Of a DNA stretch of 64,000 nt, positions 17,600 through 32,330 are shown one piece after another. This DNA comes from the human T2T-CHM13v2.0 reference genome, Homo sapiens. The notes below the pieces were generated by a model that saw only the letters and a list, made by a program, of their open reading frames with translations, did not search any database and was not told the origin of the DNA. The DNA lies in assembly GCF_009914755.1 (NCBI RefSeq), contig NC_060935.1. One strand, given 5' to 3'. Each line of letters starts with the position of its first letter. Positions within the stretch are counted from its first letter, which is position 1. The translations under genes were made by a program, and so were the position numbers.

Positions 17600-17848
17600 T
17601 TATTATGGACAGACACAGTATTTTATTATGGATGGATATAGAAACAAAAATAATTCCCTCTACAGAGGGTATAAAAATTATATATCATCATATATATTAT
17701 ATATATTATGTATTTTTTATTATAGGTAAATATTTATATATTTATATTATATATAAAATATATAAAATATATAATATGCAAATATTTATATATTTGTATT
17801 TTATATAATATATATTATATATATAAAAATTATATATATATATAATAT
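17600..17848. repeat. AT-rich low-complexity / (TA)n
   Basis: Near-pure A/T tract. Confidence 0.8.
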
Positions 17849-18375
17849 AGGGACTCGATTAGTTTCTGCTAGTGTGAAGACAAGTCATATCATGTCTAGG
17901 GGCCATGATGATAGGAGCAGTCAGAGGATTTCTTGCATTGTGATGAGTGCATATAAGTTAAACGAGCCACTTATCAGTAGAATTGATAGCAGGATAACGG
18001 CTAGGGTTACTTCATATGAAATTGTTTGGGCTACAGTTTGTAATGCGCCAAATAGTGCATAATTTGAATTTAATTGCTCTTCCTGATCATAGAATAGACG
18101 GCTAGGCTTGATACGGTTAGTAAAAATAGGAGGCCTATATCAAAATTAATTAGAGGATCTGGTATAGGGATGGGGGTTCACAATAGGAGAGCGAAAGAAA
18201 GGGCCAGGGTTGGAGCAATAATATAAAGGTTAATAGTAGATGTTGAGGGCCATAGGGGTTCTTTGCTGAAAAGTGTTATTGTGTCAGTGAAAGGTTGAAG
18301 CAGTCCCGAAGGGCTTACAATGTTAGGCCCTTTGTGTAGTTGTATGTAGCCTGAGTTTTTGTTAAATGAGTGATT
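17849..18375 (-). pseudogene. MT-ND1: NUMT: mitochondrial ND1 fragment (MT-ND1 pseudogene)
   Basis: In mitochondrial code: [25 protein letters not shown]...APTLAL...[16 protein letters not shown]...WPLDMMW..TLAETNR, roughly ND1 codons 25-197 and strongly diverged. Confidence 0.93.
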
Positions 18376-18640
18376 TAAAATCAATAATGATAATAATGAT
18401 AATTATTATTGAATAGTTATATTAATGACATTAAATTATTAATATTAATTATTAATAATGACTGATATTAACAATTGATACTGATCTTATAAATTAGAAA
18501 ACAATAATATTAGGTACCAATAATTAATATTAATGTTAATAATATGAAAACTTTTTATTAGCAATTATTTCTCAATATTGATATTGGTAATTAATATTAA
18601 TGTTAATAATAAATAAGTAATAATTAATAATAATATTACT
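18376..18640. repeat. AT-rich low-complexity (TAA)n-like tract
   Basis: ataataat/attaat runs grading into the satellite. Confidence 0.8.
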
Positions 18641-21125
18641 CCTAATACCGCAGTGCATGTACATCCACCTATGATTTTGTTCCTAATATCCAGGGAGGGA
18701 GAGAGCATGGTATTACTTTCCATATTGCAGTAGGTGTACACCCACCCTGTGATATTGATCCAAATATCCAGGGGGGTGGAGTATGACGCTACTCCCAATA
18801 TAGCAGTGGGTGTACATCCACCCGGTGATATTGCTCCTAATATTCACGGAAGAAGAGAATGATATTACTCCCAGTATCGCAGGGAGTGTACACCCGTTCT
18901 GTGATATTGTTCCTAATATCCGGAGGGGGAGAGGGTGATATTACTCCCAATGTCGCAGGCTATGCACACCCACCCTGTGATATTGTTGCTAATAATATCC
19001 AGGAAGGGAGAGGATGCTATGATTCCCCATACAGCAGCAGCTGAACACACATTCTGGGATATTATTCCTAATATCCATGGAGGGTAGAGGCTGATATTAC
19101 TCCCAATATCGCAGGGGGTGTACATCCATTCTGTGATACTGTTTTTAATATTCAAAGGCGGAGAAGTTGATATTACTCCCAATATCACAGAAAGTGTACA
19201 AACGCGTGTGATATTCTTCCTACTTCCAGAAGAAGAGAAGATATTACTCCCCATATCGCAGGAGGTGTACACCCACTCTGTGATATTTTTCCTAATATGC
19301 AGGGCATGAGAGGATAATATTATTGTTAATAGCGCAGGATGTGTACAGCCCCCCTGTGATATTGTCCTTAATATTCCAAGGCGAAGAGGATATTACTGCC
19401 AATATCGCAGAAAGTGTACACCACCCCAGTGATATTGTTCCCATGATCCAGGAGAGAAGAGGATGGTATTACTTTCAGTATCGCATGGGGTGGACACGCC
19501 CCCAGTGACACTGTTTTGAATTTCAACGTGGGAGAGGATGGTATTACTCCCAATATCACAGGGGGTATAAACACTTCTTTGATATTGTTCCTAATATTCC
19601 GGGGTGGAGAGGATGTTATCACTCCCTATATTGCAGAGGGTTTACACCAATCTGTGATATTGTTCATAATTTCTAGAGGGGGGGATGATATTACTCACAA
19701 TATCGTAAACACGCTGTGTGTCCACCGTGGGTCATGATATCCAGGGATGGAGAGGAGGGTGATATTACTCCCCATATCGCAGGGGGTGTCCACCCCGCCT
19801 GTCACACTGTTTCTTATGTGCAAGGGGGAGAGGATGATATTACTACCAATATCAAAGACGTGTACAGCCCCCCTTGTGATATTGTTCCTAATATCCACGT
19901 TGGGAGAGGATATTACTCCCAATATCACAGAGGGTGTACACCCCGCCTGTGATATTATTCCTACTATCCAGAATAAGAGAGAATGATATTACTCGCAATA
20001 GTGCCGGGGTGTACACCCCCCTTGTGATATTGTTCCTAATATCCAGAGGGGGAGAGCATGATATTAATAACTCCCAATATCGCTATGGGTGTACACCCAC
20101 CCTGTGATATTGCTCCTAATATCCAGGGGGTAGAGTATGACATTACTCCCAATGTAACGGTGGGTGTACATCCACCCAGGGATATTGCTCCTAATATTCA
20201 TGGAAGGAGAAAATGATACTACTCCCAATATCATAGGGAGTGTACGCCTCTTCTGTGATATTGTTCCTAATATCCAGAGGGCGAGAGGATGATATTACAG
20301 CAATATCGCAGGCTGTGTACACCCACCCTGTGATATTGTCCCTAATATCCAGGAAAAGAGAGGATACGACTCCCCATAGAGCAGGAGATGTAAACCCACC
20401 CTGAGATATTGTTCCTAATATCCATGGAGGGAAAGAGCCCGATATTACTCCCAAAATCTCAGGGGCTGTACATCCCCCCTGTGACATTTCTCTTAATATT
20501 CAAAGGCGGAGAGGATGATATTACTCTCAATCTTGAAGAAAGTGTACACTCCCGAGTGATATTGTTCCTAATATCCAGAAGGGGAGAAGATGATATTACT
20601 ACTCATATCGCAGAAGGTGCACACCCACTCTGTGATATTTTTCCTAATATGCAGGTTGGGGAGAGGATAATATTGCCAGTATCGCAGAGAGTGTACACCC
20701 ACCCTGTGACATTGCCCTAAATATTCAAAGAGGGAGAGGATGACATTACTCCCAATATTGCAGAAAGCGTACGCTTCCCATTGATATTGGTCCCATGATC
20801 CAGGAGAAAAGAGGATGATATTACTTTCAATATCACAGGGTGTGTACACGCCCCCAGTGATATTGTTCCTAATTTCAGCGTGGGAGAGGATGATACTACA
20901 CCAAATGCCGCTGGGGGTAGAAACACTCCTGTGATATTGTTGTTAATATCCAGGGGCAAGTGGATGCCATTACCGCAAATAGTGCAGAGGATGTACACCC
21001 GTCTATGACATAGTTGGTAATCTCCAGAGGCGGAGAAGATATTACTCACAATAACGTAAACACGCTGTGTGTCCACCGTGGATCGTAATATCCTGGGGGG
21101 ATAGGCGGGGTGATATTACTCCACT
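18635..21125 (+). repeat. SATR1-type satellite, ~71-bp monomer
   Basis: Tandem GTGTACACCC..CTGTGATATTGTTCCTAATATCCAGGGGGGAGAGGATGATATTACTCCCAATATCGCAGG units. Confidence 0.85.
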
Positions 21126-21149
21126 ACTAGGATTTTACCTCTACTGCCA

Positions 21150-23045
21150 CTCTTTGTTAACACCCTGGGACAGTATTTTCCATATTCTAGGAGGATGTCA
21201 CTACCAAAATCACAGGGGGTGTATACCCTGCTATATTATTCATAATATTGTAGGGGAATGTTCATCCTGATGTCACAGGACTGTACACACTGTGATATTA
21301 TTCACAATACCCTAGTGGGACACTAATAATAATATCACAGTGTGTGTACACCTTGTGGTATTATTCGTAATATCCTAAGGGGAGGTTACCTTTATTGTCC
21401 CACGCGGTGTGTTCCCTTTGATATTATTTGTAATGTCCTAGAGGGATGTTACTCCTTGTGTCACAGGGTTTGTCCACCTTATCAAATTACTTGTATTATC
21501 CTTATAAGATGTTACTCCCTATATCACAGGGGGTGTACACTCTGTGATATTATCTTAATATTCTAGGGAAATGTTACTTTTAATGTTGCAGAGGGTGTAT
21601 ACCTTGTGAAATTATTCGTTATAGTTTTGTGGGATGTTACCCCTAATGTCACACGGGGTGTACACACAGTGTAATATTCTATGGAAATCTTACTCGTAAA
21701 TCACAGGTCCTGTACACCCTTTAATATTCTTCATAATATTCTAGGAAAACGTTACTGTGAATGTCACAGGGCATATACACCCTGTCACAAAATTCGTAAT
21801 ATCCTAGGGGGAGTTCACTAGTAATTTCACAATGCATGTACGCCCTTTGATATTATTCGTATTATCCGAAAGAGATATTACTACTGCTGTCCCAATGCAT
21901 GTACATTCTCTGATATTATACGTTATATCCTCGGGGGATGTTACTTCTAATGTCACACGGGGTGTACTCCCTGTGTTATTTGTCATAATATCCTAGGGGA
22001 ATTTTACTTTTAATGACACACGGGGTGTACACATTGTGATACTATTCGTAGTATTCTAGAAAGATATTACTCCTCAGGTCACAGGGGATGTACACCCTGT
22101 GATATTATTCGTACTATCCTAGGGGACGTTACTCCAAATGTCGCAGAAGGTGTAAACGCTGTGATATTACTGGAAATGTGTCAGGGAAAGGTACTCGTAA
22201 TGTCTAAGGGCATGTACATCATGTGTGCACAGCCCCTGTGATGTTCCTTGTGATATTCTCGAGGGATGTTAATCCAAATATTACATATGCTGTTAACTAT
22301 GTGTGAACACCTTTGTGGTATTATTCCTAATATACTAAAAGGATGTAACTCCTAACATCACATGGGGTATATGCCATGTATGTACACATTTTGTGATATT
22401 ATTCATAATATCTTAGGGAGATGCTCGTAATTTTACAATTATTCACGTAATACTTTAGCGGGATGATACTCCTAAAGTCACAGGAGGTGTAAACCCTGCG
22501 ATATTATTCAGAATATTCCAGGGGGATGTTACTCCTAATGTCACAGGTGTGTATACCCTGTGATATTATTCACACTTTACCCCTGCGATATTACTACTAA
22601 TGTCACAATGTGTGTACACCTTCTGATATTATTCGTAATATCCTGGGAGGATGTTACTCCTAACGTCACAAGGGTGTACACACTGTGTTATTATTAGTAA
22701 TATTCCTGGGGGATTTTAATTTTAAAATCACATGGGGTGTCAACCCTGTGATCTCATTCGTAATATCCAAGGAAGATGTTACTCCTAATGTCACATGGGG
22801 TCTACACCCTGGGATATTATTGGGAATATCTTAAAATGATGTTATCTTAATGTCAGAGGGTGTGTACACCTATTGATACTATTTGTAATATCCTAAGGAG
22901 ATATTACTTTAAAAATCACAGTGGATGTACATCATGTGTGTAGACCCTGTAATATTATTCACAATATCCCAGGGAGGTATAACTTTTAATATCACAGCAG
23001 ATGTTCTCTATGTGTGTACACCCTGTGGTACTGTTCATAATAGGC
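21150..23045 (+). repeat. SATR2-type satellite, ~63-bp monomer
   Basis: Tandem TGTGATATTATTCGTAATATCCTAGGGGGATGTTACTCCTAATGTCACAGGGGTGTACACCC units. Confidence 0.8.
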
Positions 23046-23506
23046 TATTCAGCAAGGCTCCCGCGCCCACCTTCCAGCCCCAGAGGCCGGCGCGGAAGGG
23101 CAGCACCAAGGACAGTGGCCACCTGCGGATACCCAAGTGGCCTTACAAGGTGGCCACGGAGGAGAAACCGGAGGCTGAGGAGGCCGAGAAGAAGCGCCAG
23201 GCCAAGGTGCAGGAGAAGCACCCGGCGCCGTGGAAGAAGAGGACGTGAGAATCCGCAGGTTCTTGACACGGGGTTCGAGGGCAGGGTGAGGCCGCGGGGC
23301 TGAGCACCATGGCCGCTACCGGGACCACCAGGCCGTGCGCGTTTCCACGCTGTCTTTCTAGGATGCTCCCAGGAAGGGGCTGGGGGAGCCACATCGATTC
23401 GCCTGACACCAGCCACCCTAGCAATCAGTACACCTAGCGGGCATGTTGCCTAAAAGGCTCCCTTTAGAGAACCTCAATTAAGATGTTTTTAAAGATCAAT
23501 TTATTA

Positions 23507-23800
<294 letters not shown>

Positions 23801-26800
23801 CTCAATTTATTAAAGGCTATTTTCTGTGTGATTTTGTATTTTTAATTGTTATCCAATTTGCCAAGTTTTACAAGTGATAGGGCCCCTTGTATCCAAGGCA
23901 GTTTTAATACACTTGCCTGAAGACCTTGTATTTAAAATACTGTTTCTAGCAATAAATGTGTATGATATCTTTAGGAGTTTACACAGAAATCATGGGATTC
24001 TCTCCTTTTTGGCTGTTTGTTTTGGTCTTTTCTTCTCATTGTGGGTGCACATGCACACTGGATGTTTTTATTAATTAGATTAAGTGATGCCGGATATTTC
24101 TGTTTGATGGAGGGATTGACTCATTCAGCCACATGATCAAGTGAGAAAGAGATATCATATTTTATTATATCTTTTTAAAAAGTATTATCCATACACTCAT
24201 ATATTGGGGAAAAACAGTTATCATCAAATTATAAAACAATGCCGAGATAAGCATGTATGTATTGCTAGAATTAAACTCTTTTTATTCAAGGAGTTTTAGA
24301 TAAACTGGATAGACTTTAATATCCAGATAGACCATCTTTAACATATTAAAAATAGATATGAGGGAAAAGTGTCATTTGATAAAATGGGAGAAAAGTAATA
24401 GATGATTATCAGAAATACAAATTAAGCCATATATGCTCTTAAGTTAATCGAATCCAGACATCCTTCAAATGTAAAAAAAGGATGCAACAAGAGTAAGGAG
24501 CCCAGAATGATGCAAGTTAAAGGAATAGGGGGGAGGTGATGTTTAGAACAAGCAAAGAGAATGCAGTGGGAAGCAAACTTATTTTAGGCAAATTCTCCTG
24601 GAGTGGACCAGACAGCCCTCTCTTGCAGACTCAGTTCCAAAGAGTCCCTTATGTGGGTATTTCTTTTATTTTTCCTTTGAGGACTGCACTTGATGTTTAG
24701 TTCAACCTCATGCGGACCTCATGGAATTTCCAAGACGTGGGGCCTTGGCATTGTGGCACCTTCCTGCCACGTGTACATAATTCACAGCATTACCAAGTCA
24801 CCACGAGCTCCACGCTCACCTCTGTCAGCCCAGGACCCAGCCAGACAGTGTCACATGGTCTCCCAGGCATGCCTTTCCAAGCCGGCTATCCCTGCTGCGA
24901 AAGTTCTGAAGGCACTGGTCTGGGGAGCTGAGCCCTGGGCTTGTCCTAAAGCTCCATAGGTGACTGCACTGCAGCCCACATGGAGAGCTGCAGCTCTAAC
25001 ACAGGGATTTTGAGAGGCCTCAGTCGCCTTTAAGAGGCACTTCCAGGACACCCATCCTGAGCTCTCACAAATGGCTCCACCTTCCCAAGAATGTCTAATT
25101 GGCATTGGAACAGCCAGTGTCTGGCAGCTTCGCTCGGGCTGATGTGGCATCTGACCCTTGGTGGGTTACTAGACATTCCTTCCTGTTTCCACCATGGGAA
25201 GTTGACACTGGGAATGGTATGGAGCACCCACTTCTACACTAAGCCTTGGGTGTCTGCTGCTTCCAGGTCAAAAATGGATATTTCTGGTCCTGACCAGCCA
25301 CTACCACACTGTAACCGATGCTCATAGTCTCCAGGGATGTGTAGAACAGCAATGGTAGGACAGAAAACAACTGGCGATTTCCCCAGGTCCCACGCTGTTC
25401 CAGAGTGGGCATGTTGGGTCCCTGTTCCCAATGTGTTTCAGCCTTACCCAGGTGCACAGGGTACCATGGGGCCAGCACAGGGCTTGTCAAGTAATGTTCC
25501 TGGTGTCCACAAAACAGCTCCAGAGATACCTGCATTTTGAAAAGCCTGCCAAGCCAACAAGTATGGGTCAAGACCCAGATTGCTTTGGCAAATCTGAAGG
25601 TGAGCTGGCCACTTGCCTGGTGAGTAGAAGCTGCCTTTACCTGGCCAGTGTATGCAACTTGAGAGAAAATGACAACTTCACGGGGGGGTTCTGGTGGGAC
25701 TGGGAAGCCTGACCTCCCCCGGAGCTTTGGTATGGCCCCAGTGGAAAGACTGGATTTTGAAAACCCACCAGACCCAACTGAAAGAAGGGTCATCCCTGAT
25801 GGGATCCTGGACTCTCCCTGGTCTCTCTGGAGTCACTCTAGATGTGGCTTGCCTGTGGGCAACCCTTCCCTTTGGCCCATGAGGCAGGTCCAGGTAGCTT
25901 CTGCAGCGGTGTGCCTGGCTACTGGCCCAGCACTTCTCATTTTTGCCATGTGGAATCAGATTTGCTAGTAGAGGAATTTTCCAAGTCAAAGGAAGTGTCA
26001 CCAAACCTCTTTCCTTGACCTATGGTGAGCCCAGGCTCTTGGTTTCTTATTCTCTTTGGAGTGGGCAGCAGAGGGGACAAGCAGACCTCCAGCCAGGCTC
26101 AGGGAGTGTGGGAGGACAGGGAGAAAAGTCTAGATGATGGTGAACTGGAGCCACCTTGAGGGGGGTGTCCTGGGGTCAGTGTCGGGGTGATCAGATGAGC
26201 CAGTTTATATTTAAGCAACATTATTATGTTCAATTATTTTGGGTAAGGGATTCCTCGGGGGAGGTGTGGTCATCTGGTCCCAGAGGTGGAGTGAAATGCC
26301 CACTCATCTTCCTGAGCCATTTGGAAGCCCTTTCTTCTAGCCCTAGGTACTGGTGACACAGGCTCATCGGTCTCAGGAGGTGCACAGTGCTGGCGGGGTG
26401 GGGGGGATGCAGGCTTCTTGTCACTTACCCACTCAGCACTATTGGGCATCAGGCATTCACAGGTCTCACAGTGGCCTCTCTAAAAACCTGGTGTCCTAGG
26501 ATAACATTTATTATTTTTGTCTATTTTTGTTTCTTTGAACTTCTGCATTCACTCACTGAGGGCTCGCCCTCCCTGCACCCCTCATGTTGTTCAGGAAGGA
26601 GGGGACTGATGAGCATGGACCCCCTTCTCCTCTTCTGTCAGTTGCCACCACACCTTCCCCACTGGCTTTATTACCACTTTCTCCCACCCCTGTTGCCTCA
26701 TCTCCTCCTCCTCATTTACCCTTCCTTCCTTTGCCTGTTTTCTTCTCCCAGTTGGTTAAGTTCTTTATCATCCCTGGCACCACCTACCCTGAGTTCTACC

Positions 26801-29713
26801 AAGAACAGAAAAGCAGGGGCCTCTGTGAGGCAATGTGGTGTTATCATGGTGGGACCTCCATGACCCCAGAGTGAGTGATCAGCAGGCCTGCCAGCATCCA
26901 TGCTAATGGCTAAGAATTCCTACACCACCGTGCCCCTCCCACCCCCTTCTCTTTGCTCAGAAGGGAGACCAGGTTTGCTCTCTTACAATGACAGCCCAGC
27001 CCCTGCTGTGCACAGGGATGGGGCTCAGGGTCCCTCCCTGCACCCTGATGTTAATTAACTGTAAATAGTGAATTTCAAGTTGACAGCTACCTTCTCAGGG
27101 TTTTATATATAAATATAGTTAAAGGAAAAGCTCAAGACTATTTTACTACTTTTTAGTGTTTGTGAAAATTAAGCTTAAACTGGACAGAATAAATATTTCT
27201 CAGACAATGGCGATGCTACTGATTACAAGTGAGATAGGTGGAGCTCGCCCCTTGGGGAGAATTTTTTAGGGGGTTGGAGATTGGGGACTCTGGCAGCAGA
27301 AATGGCTTTGTGGTGGGTGTGAAGTCACTTCTGTCCCTCAGAGTGCCTATGGTGGGTGTGAAGTCACTTCTGTCCCTCGGAGAGCCTCTTGCGGATGTGA
27401 AAGCATGTATCAACACCAGTGAAATCCACCTCCATGTGCATGGTGGCGGCTGATGAGAACACAAATAAGCCAGTCCTGGCACTTCCCTCCAGAACCGGTC
27501 ACTCCTGGTCTGACATTGGAGCATGTGAATTAAGAGTGACAATTTTTTCTACTTGCTTCTGCGAATAAAGTATTCTACAGTCAGCCAGCACTAAACTCAC
27601 TAGAAAGGAGGAGGGAAGAGCGTGGAGTCAATCATCTAGAATTACCTCAGTGTGCAGAGGCTGTCCCTTGGCTGCACTTGGGAAAAGCAGTGTGAAACAT
27701 CCTGTGCCTCTTTCTTCTGGAGCTCCTCCTGACAGTCTCCTGGCAAAACTAGAGGCCTCAAGGCTATGGAGATCAGAATTTCAATAGCTTTGTCATCTCA
27801 GCATTGACCACTCCTGAGACCTGAGACTCCTCCTGGGAGCAGGAGACAGGGAGTTCGTGATGTTCGTTGGAAAGTAGGATTTATGAATGCAGGAGGGCCG
27901 TGCTGGACTCCTCTGTCTGCTTCTCTCCCTGCTGTCAGCAGTGACCAGGTCTCCGGTGTGGAGGCGAGTCTGTTGTGGGTGAAACAGAAGCCCCTGGGGT
28001 AAGGCCAGACCCCAGGCCTGAAAAGGATGCAAAGCCTGCTGTTTCAGGCTGTCAGGAAGAATCGTGGTTACAAAGTGAATATGATGAAATGCATCCCAGA
28101 GAGGAAATGAATGTGCCGTCACTAAGAAGTGGGTCTGGCTGCCAGGTCTCTGGCAGTCCACCGGCAAGAGCACTACATCCCCTGCAGCCCTGCCATCCAC
28201 ACTACATGATGTGGGGAGTCTGTCTCTTCACTCTTACCCTGGGGACCCAAACCTGCTTTGAGGAGTGAGTCACAGCCCTGATGTTTGCCTTGCATTACTC
28301 TTTCCCCAGGTGTGCCTGGAGACTCAAGCTTGCTCATTTCTGTCCTGACACATCTCGCTGGTCCTGTGGTGGTCAGAGTCCTCCTGTTCTGTGTCAGCTC
28401 CTAGATATCATTAGTCTTTCACGTGATAAAGTATGAGCACTTTTCTCTTTTACAGTATTTGGGGAAATTCTAACACACTCCCCAGGGATTTGCACAGGTC
28501 CCTCTGGCTCCCATGGTGGGTAATTGTATGGATTCTGCACCTGGCAGTCAGCACTCCCCCTTGGAAGCCCCTGGGGTCCCTGTTTCTGTGGGCCTGGTCC
28601 TTGGTTTCTACCCCAGTACCTTTTTGCTGGAACCTGCCTAGAACTGCCTGGAGGGCCATGGTCTAGGGAACAACAGGTGGAACCCTGACCACAACAGATC
28701 CTTCTGAAACAACAAAGTCACCTTGATGATGATGACTGCAATGGGGTGAATGCCATCGCAGCGGGCATGCTGGGAGCCACCAAGGGCTTCCCGCAAAAGA
28801 AGTTCTTCCCAAGGCACCCTTTGCATCTTCCCCTCCTCACCTCTCAGTGCATTTGGAACTTGCTTATGCGTTGGAATGACTTAAATCAACTCCTCGTTTC
28901 AGTGCCCCTGCACTCACATGTTCCTTCATTAACATTTTAAATAAGTGGCTAAAAAAACTCCTCTGGAGGTTGTTTTTGAAAGCAGGAAAAAGAAAAACAC
29001 AAGCTACCTGAAATGATTTTACTAATTTTTGAGTGACTCAGTTGAAAGTCAGTGTTGCATACACAATTTCCTCATGCTGAGCCAGCTTGAAATAAGACTT
29101 GATAAGAGGCACGGCCCTCAGTAGCAGGTGGTGCCACTGTGGACAGTGTAGACTGTAGTGTGAGGGTATGCGCAGGTGAGTGTAAGTGTGTTTACTCATA
29201 CACACGGATAAACTGAAAGGACACCGGGCTTCGTGCTGGCAAAGTTATGATGCTGCTGTAGCTTGTTATGGGCCCCGGGCAGTGTCAGATGGGAAATGCT
29301 TTGGTGGCATGTTGTTCAATATATATAATGGAGTGTCCCATGGCCCAAGGACCCACTATGAGCACACCACCCACAGTGGTGGAGAACACGGCTGGAGTCA
29401 TCACAGCCCAGGTCTTTATTGAAAGGCAGTGTTGACCGAGAAGGCTCGCGTAGAACCCATTTGGTCAGGTGTTGTCCATCTCTCTCCATCTGACCTGCCT
29501 TGGCTGCACAGAGGGACCCAGACCCAAAAGGCCCAGACTCAAGAGGAAACCGAATGACGTTTACCATTGCACCAGCTTTCATTTATTTTTTCCATATGAT
29601 CATAAGGACTGTATTACTAAGTATGTTTATAAATGCTATTTACAGTCTGTTCCCTTTTATTAGATGAAAGATTAATAAAGAACAAAAAATTGGCTGTAGT
29701 AAACCATGCATGA

Positions 29714-30120
29714 GGCCAAGAGTGGTGGCTCATGCCTGTAATCCCAGCACTTTGGGAGGCCACGACAGGCAGATCACCTGAGGTCACGAGTTCAAGACCA
29801 GCCTGGACAACATGGAGAAACCCCAGCTCTACAAAATACAAAAATAAAAATAAAAATAAAAATAAAATAATTAGCTGGGAATGATGGTGGGTGCCTGTTA
29901 TTCCAGCTACTTGGGTGGCTGAGACAGGAGAATTGCTTGAACCTGGGAGGTGGAGGTTGCAATGAACCGAGATTGTACCATTGCCCTCTAGCGTTGATGA
30001 AAGAGAGAGAGAGGGAGGGAGAGCAAGAGAGAGAGAGAGAGGGAGGAGAGAGGGTGTGCATAGAGGGAGAGAGAGAGAGAAAGAAAGAAAGACAGAAAGC
30101 AAGCAAGCAAACAAGCCAGC
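29714..30120 (+). mobile_element. Alu (AluS) with expanded (TAAAAA)n linker and (GA)n/(AAGC)n tail
   Basis: Alu dimer 29714-29990; degenerate TSD aaccatgcatga / agccatgcctga. Confidence 0.85.
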
Positions 30121-32330
30121 CAGCCATGCCTGAAGGGCAGTGTGTGGTCATCACTTCAACAGGTTGACACTCACCTGGAAGTCATGAAATCTGTCCATTA
30201 GTCCAGTGATGGGTTGAGCACTGAGCTCTGAGCTCACACACTGGGGCATGTGCCGCTGCTCTGACTCACTCCTTTAAAGAGGAAAATACAATTCAGCTTT
30301 CTAATACCAAATATTTCATCACAGGATTGAAAAACAAATAATCATTCAAGGGAAATTCATCTTTGGAACCCTTTCCTGATGTAGCAGTCCCAAATCATAG
30401 GGATTACGAACTTGAGCCACTGAGCCTAGACTGACTGATGTATCCTACCAATAAGCTATATACATAAACTCATGTCTTCCCACTTCTCAGAACCATGAAA
30501 TCAATCATTCCTCCCTTTCTTTCATTTATTTTTATTGTTTCCTAACAATACTAGAAGCCAAATTCATTCTTTTCTTAAACCACTTTTATTCATTAAATGA
30601 CTTCCTAAAACACACGAAGAAAGGTTATGATTCATCATTTCTTCAATATACACCCTTTGATGTCGGACAACCTACCTGAGAGTCATTGGAATTTATGGTG
30701 ATTCACAGATAATTTTTTGCAGTATTAAGTTTTTAAATTAGTCTTTAGTACTAAACCTCCCTACTCCATACTCTGACCACTCTCTCTGAGCAGTAGTCAA
30801 TGCTGCATTGTACCCTCAGGATTGGAAGCCATGAGAAAAAACCTTCCTCAAATCCTAACCAAGATGATTTCCACTCAAGTGGTAAGTGGATACATTTGTA
30901 GCATGTCTGTCTGAGGCTGAATCCGAGAGAAAAAGCCTAATACTTACAATCCACTGGTTGGTTTTCCTGCTCTCCTCATTTAGCTTTCTTTGGTTTTCTT
31001 GAATTTTTTCCCAAAAAGATCTCATTTGCTTCATTATCGTCTCCTATAAAAGAACTATGAATTTGAACATCAGAGAAACAAATGGCTTTGGGTGTCAGAC
31101 ACCCACTGATAAAGAAATCAAGAGATGAGATATGAAAGAGATTTGGGAAGATCTCAGACTGTAGAACCACAACATGGAATGCAACCAGTACAATAAGAAA
31201 ATCATAAGCAGGGCTAATTTACAGATAATGTGGCATCTTGCATCAGAATTGGAATCTACTGACACCAAACCTTGCTAATTCTAGCATATTTTATTCTATT
31301 ATTTCCAGTGTTGGTAAATAGGTTTCTTATATAGAAGGCTTTTGAACTTGTAGTTTAGATAGCCAGAAACTCTCTCTGATATTGAGCTCTTTACGTGCCT
31401 TGAACATTAAGCTAAATAGTCAAATTATTATAATGATTATTAACTTCCATCACTCCCTCAGTGAAATGCAAGTTCCAGGAAGGAAGGTATTCTCACAGAT
31501 TCCATTTAAATTTCTATCATTGATACCTAGGCACTACATGATATCCAGTACAGAACAGAATAATCCTCATGCTCTTCATCTTCCCCCTAATCTCTTTACC
31601 TGTGCCATCCTCCAGCTTTCAAAGTGCTCTGAGAGCCATCACTTACCCAGTGTTCCTTAGTTGCCCCTCACAGTGTCTGGGAGCCCAGTGCTCCCGAGTG
31701 TTCCAGAACAGCAAATGAAGCAGGCTCTTATCCACCGCTCCAATATCTTTTTTTCTCCCTGTGGATCCCACACATTTGTTCATTAGAGCTCAGGAATTGC
31801 CAGAGACTGGCTTTTATGGCAATGAACACTGGAATCTCCAGAAGAATATTAGTTTTGACGTCCTCCTGCTGTGACAGTTCCCCGCATGTGGGCAGCCGGT
31901 AGGAATTTTGGCTTCTTCCCAGGAAAGGCAGAGACAGGAAAGGCCTACAGAAGCTGGGGCCGCAGCCTGTGGTGATGGGGTCTACGAGTTAGTTCAGACA
32001 GAAGAGGCAGATGGGTTCTTTCTGGAAGGCTTGTGTGATGTCTGAGACCATTTTCCTGAAGGAAGGAAATTAGGAAACATATGATTAAAACTTCATCTTA
32101 TGCCTTGGAGAAACAAAGACCAAAGCAAAATTTGACTCAGGTTGTGACTCAGTGATAAACTTCTGTCCAGAGTAGAACAGGCTTTATTTTGTATAAGACA
32201 AAAATAGAACCTAAGGCACAAAGAGAGCTCTTGGATCTGTAGGTAAAATTGTTGGGTTCATGCACAACTCACAGGGCACTCCATCTTCTTCCTACCATTT
32301 TCTTTTGCATAGAAAAATGAACCTCAGAGA

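Noticed and set aside
18565-21986. Repetitive VILFLIS/ILGVIS-type ORFs
   Set aside because: Translations of satellite monomers.
18635-23045. Regularly spaced repeats resembling a CRISPR array
   Set aside because: The units are fully tandem degenerate monomers with no unique spacers or cas genes; this is primate SATR satellite.
24690-29663. Numerous 60-180 aa ORFs also present in the 59240-63980 copy
   Set aside because: Retrocopy 3'UTR; similarity reflects duplication, and ORF boundaries differ between copies.
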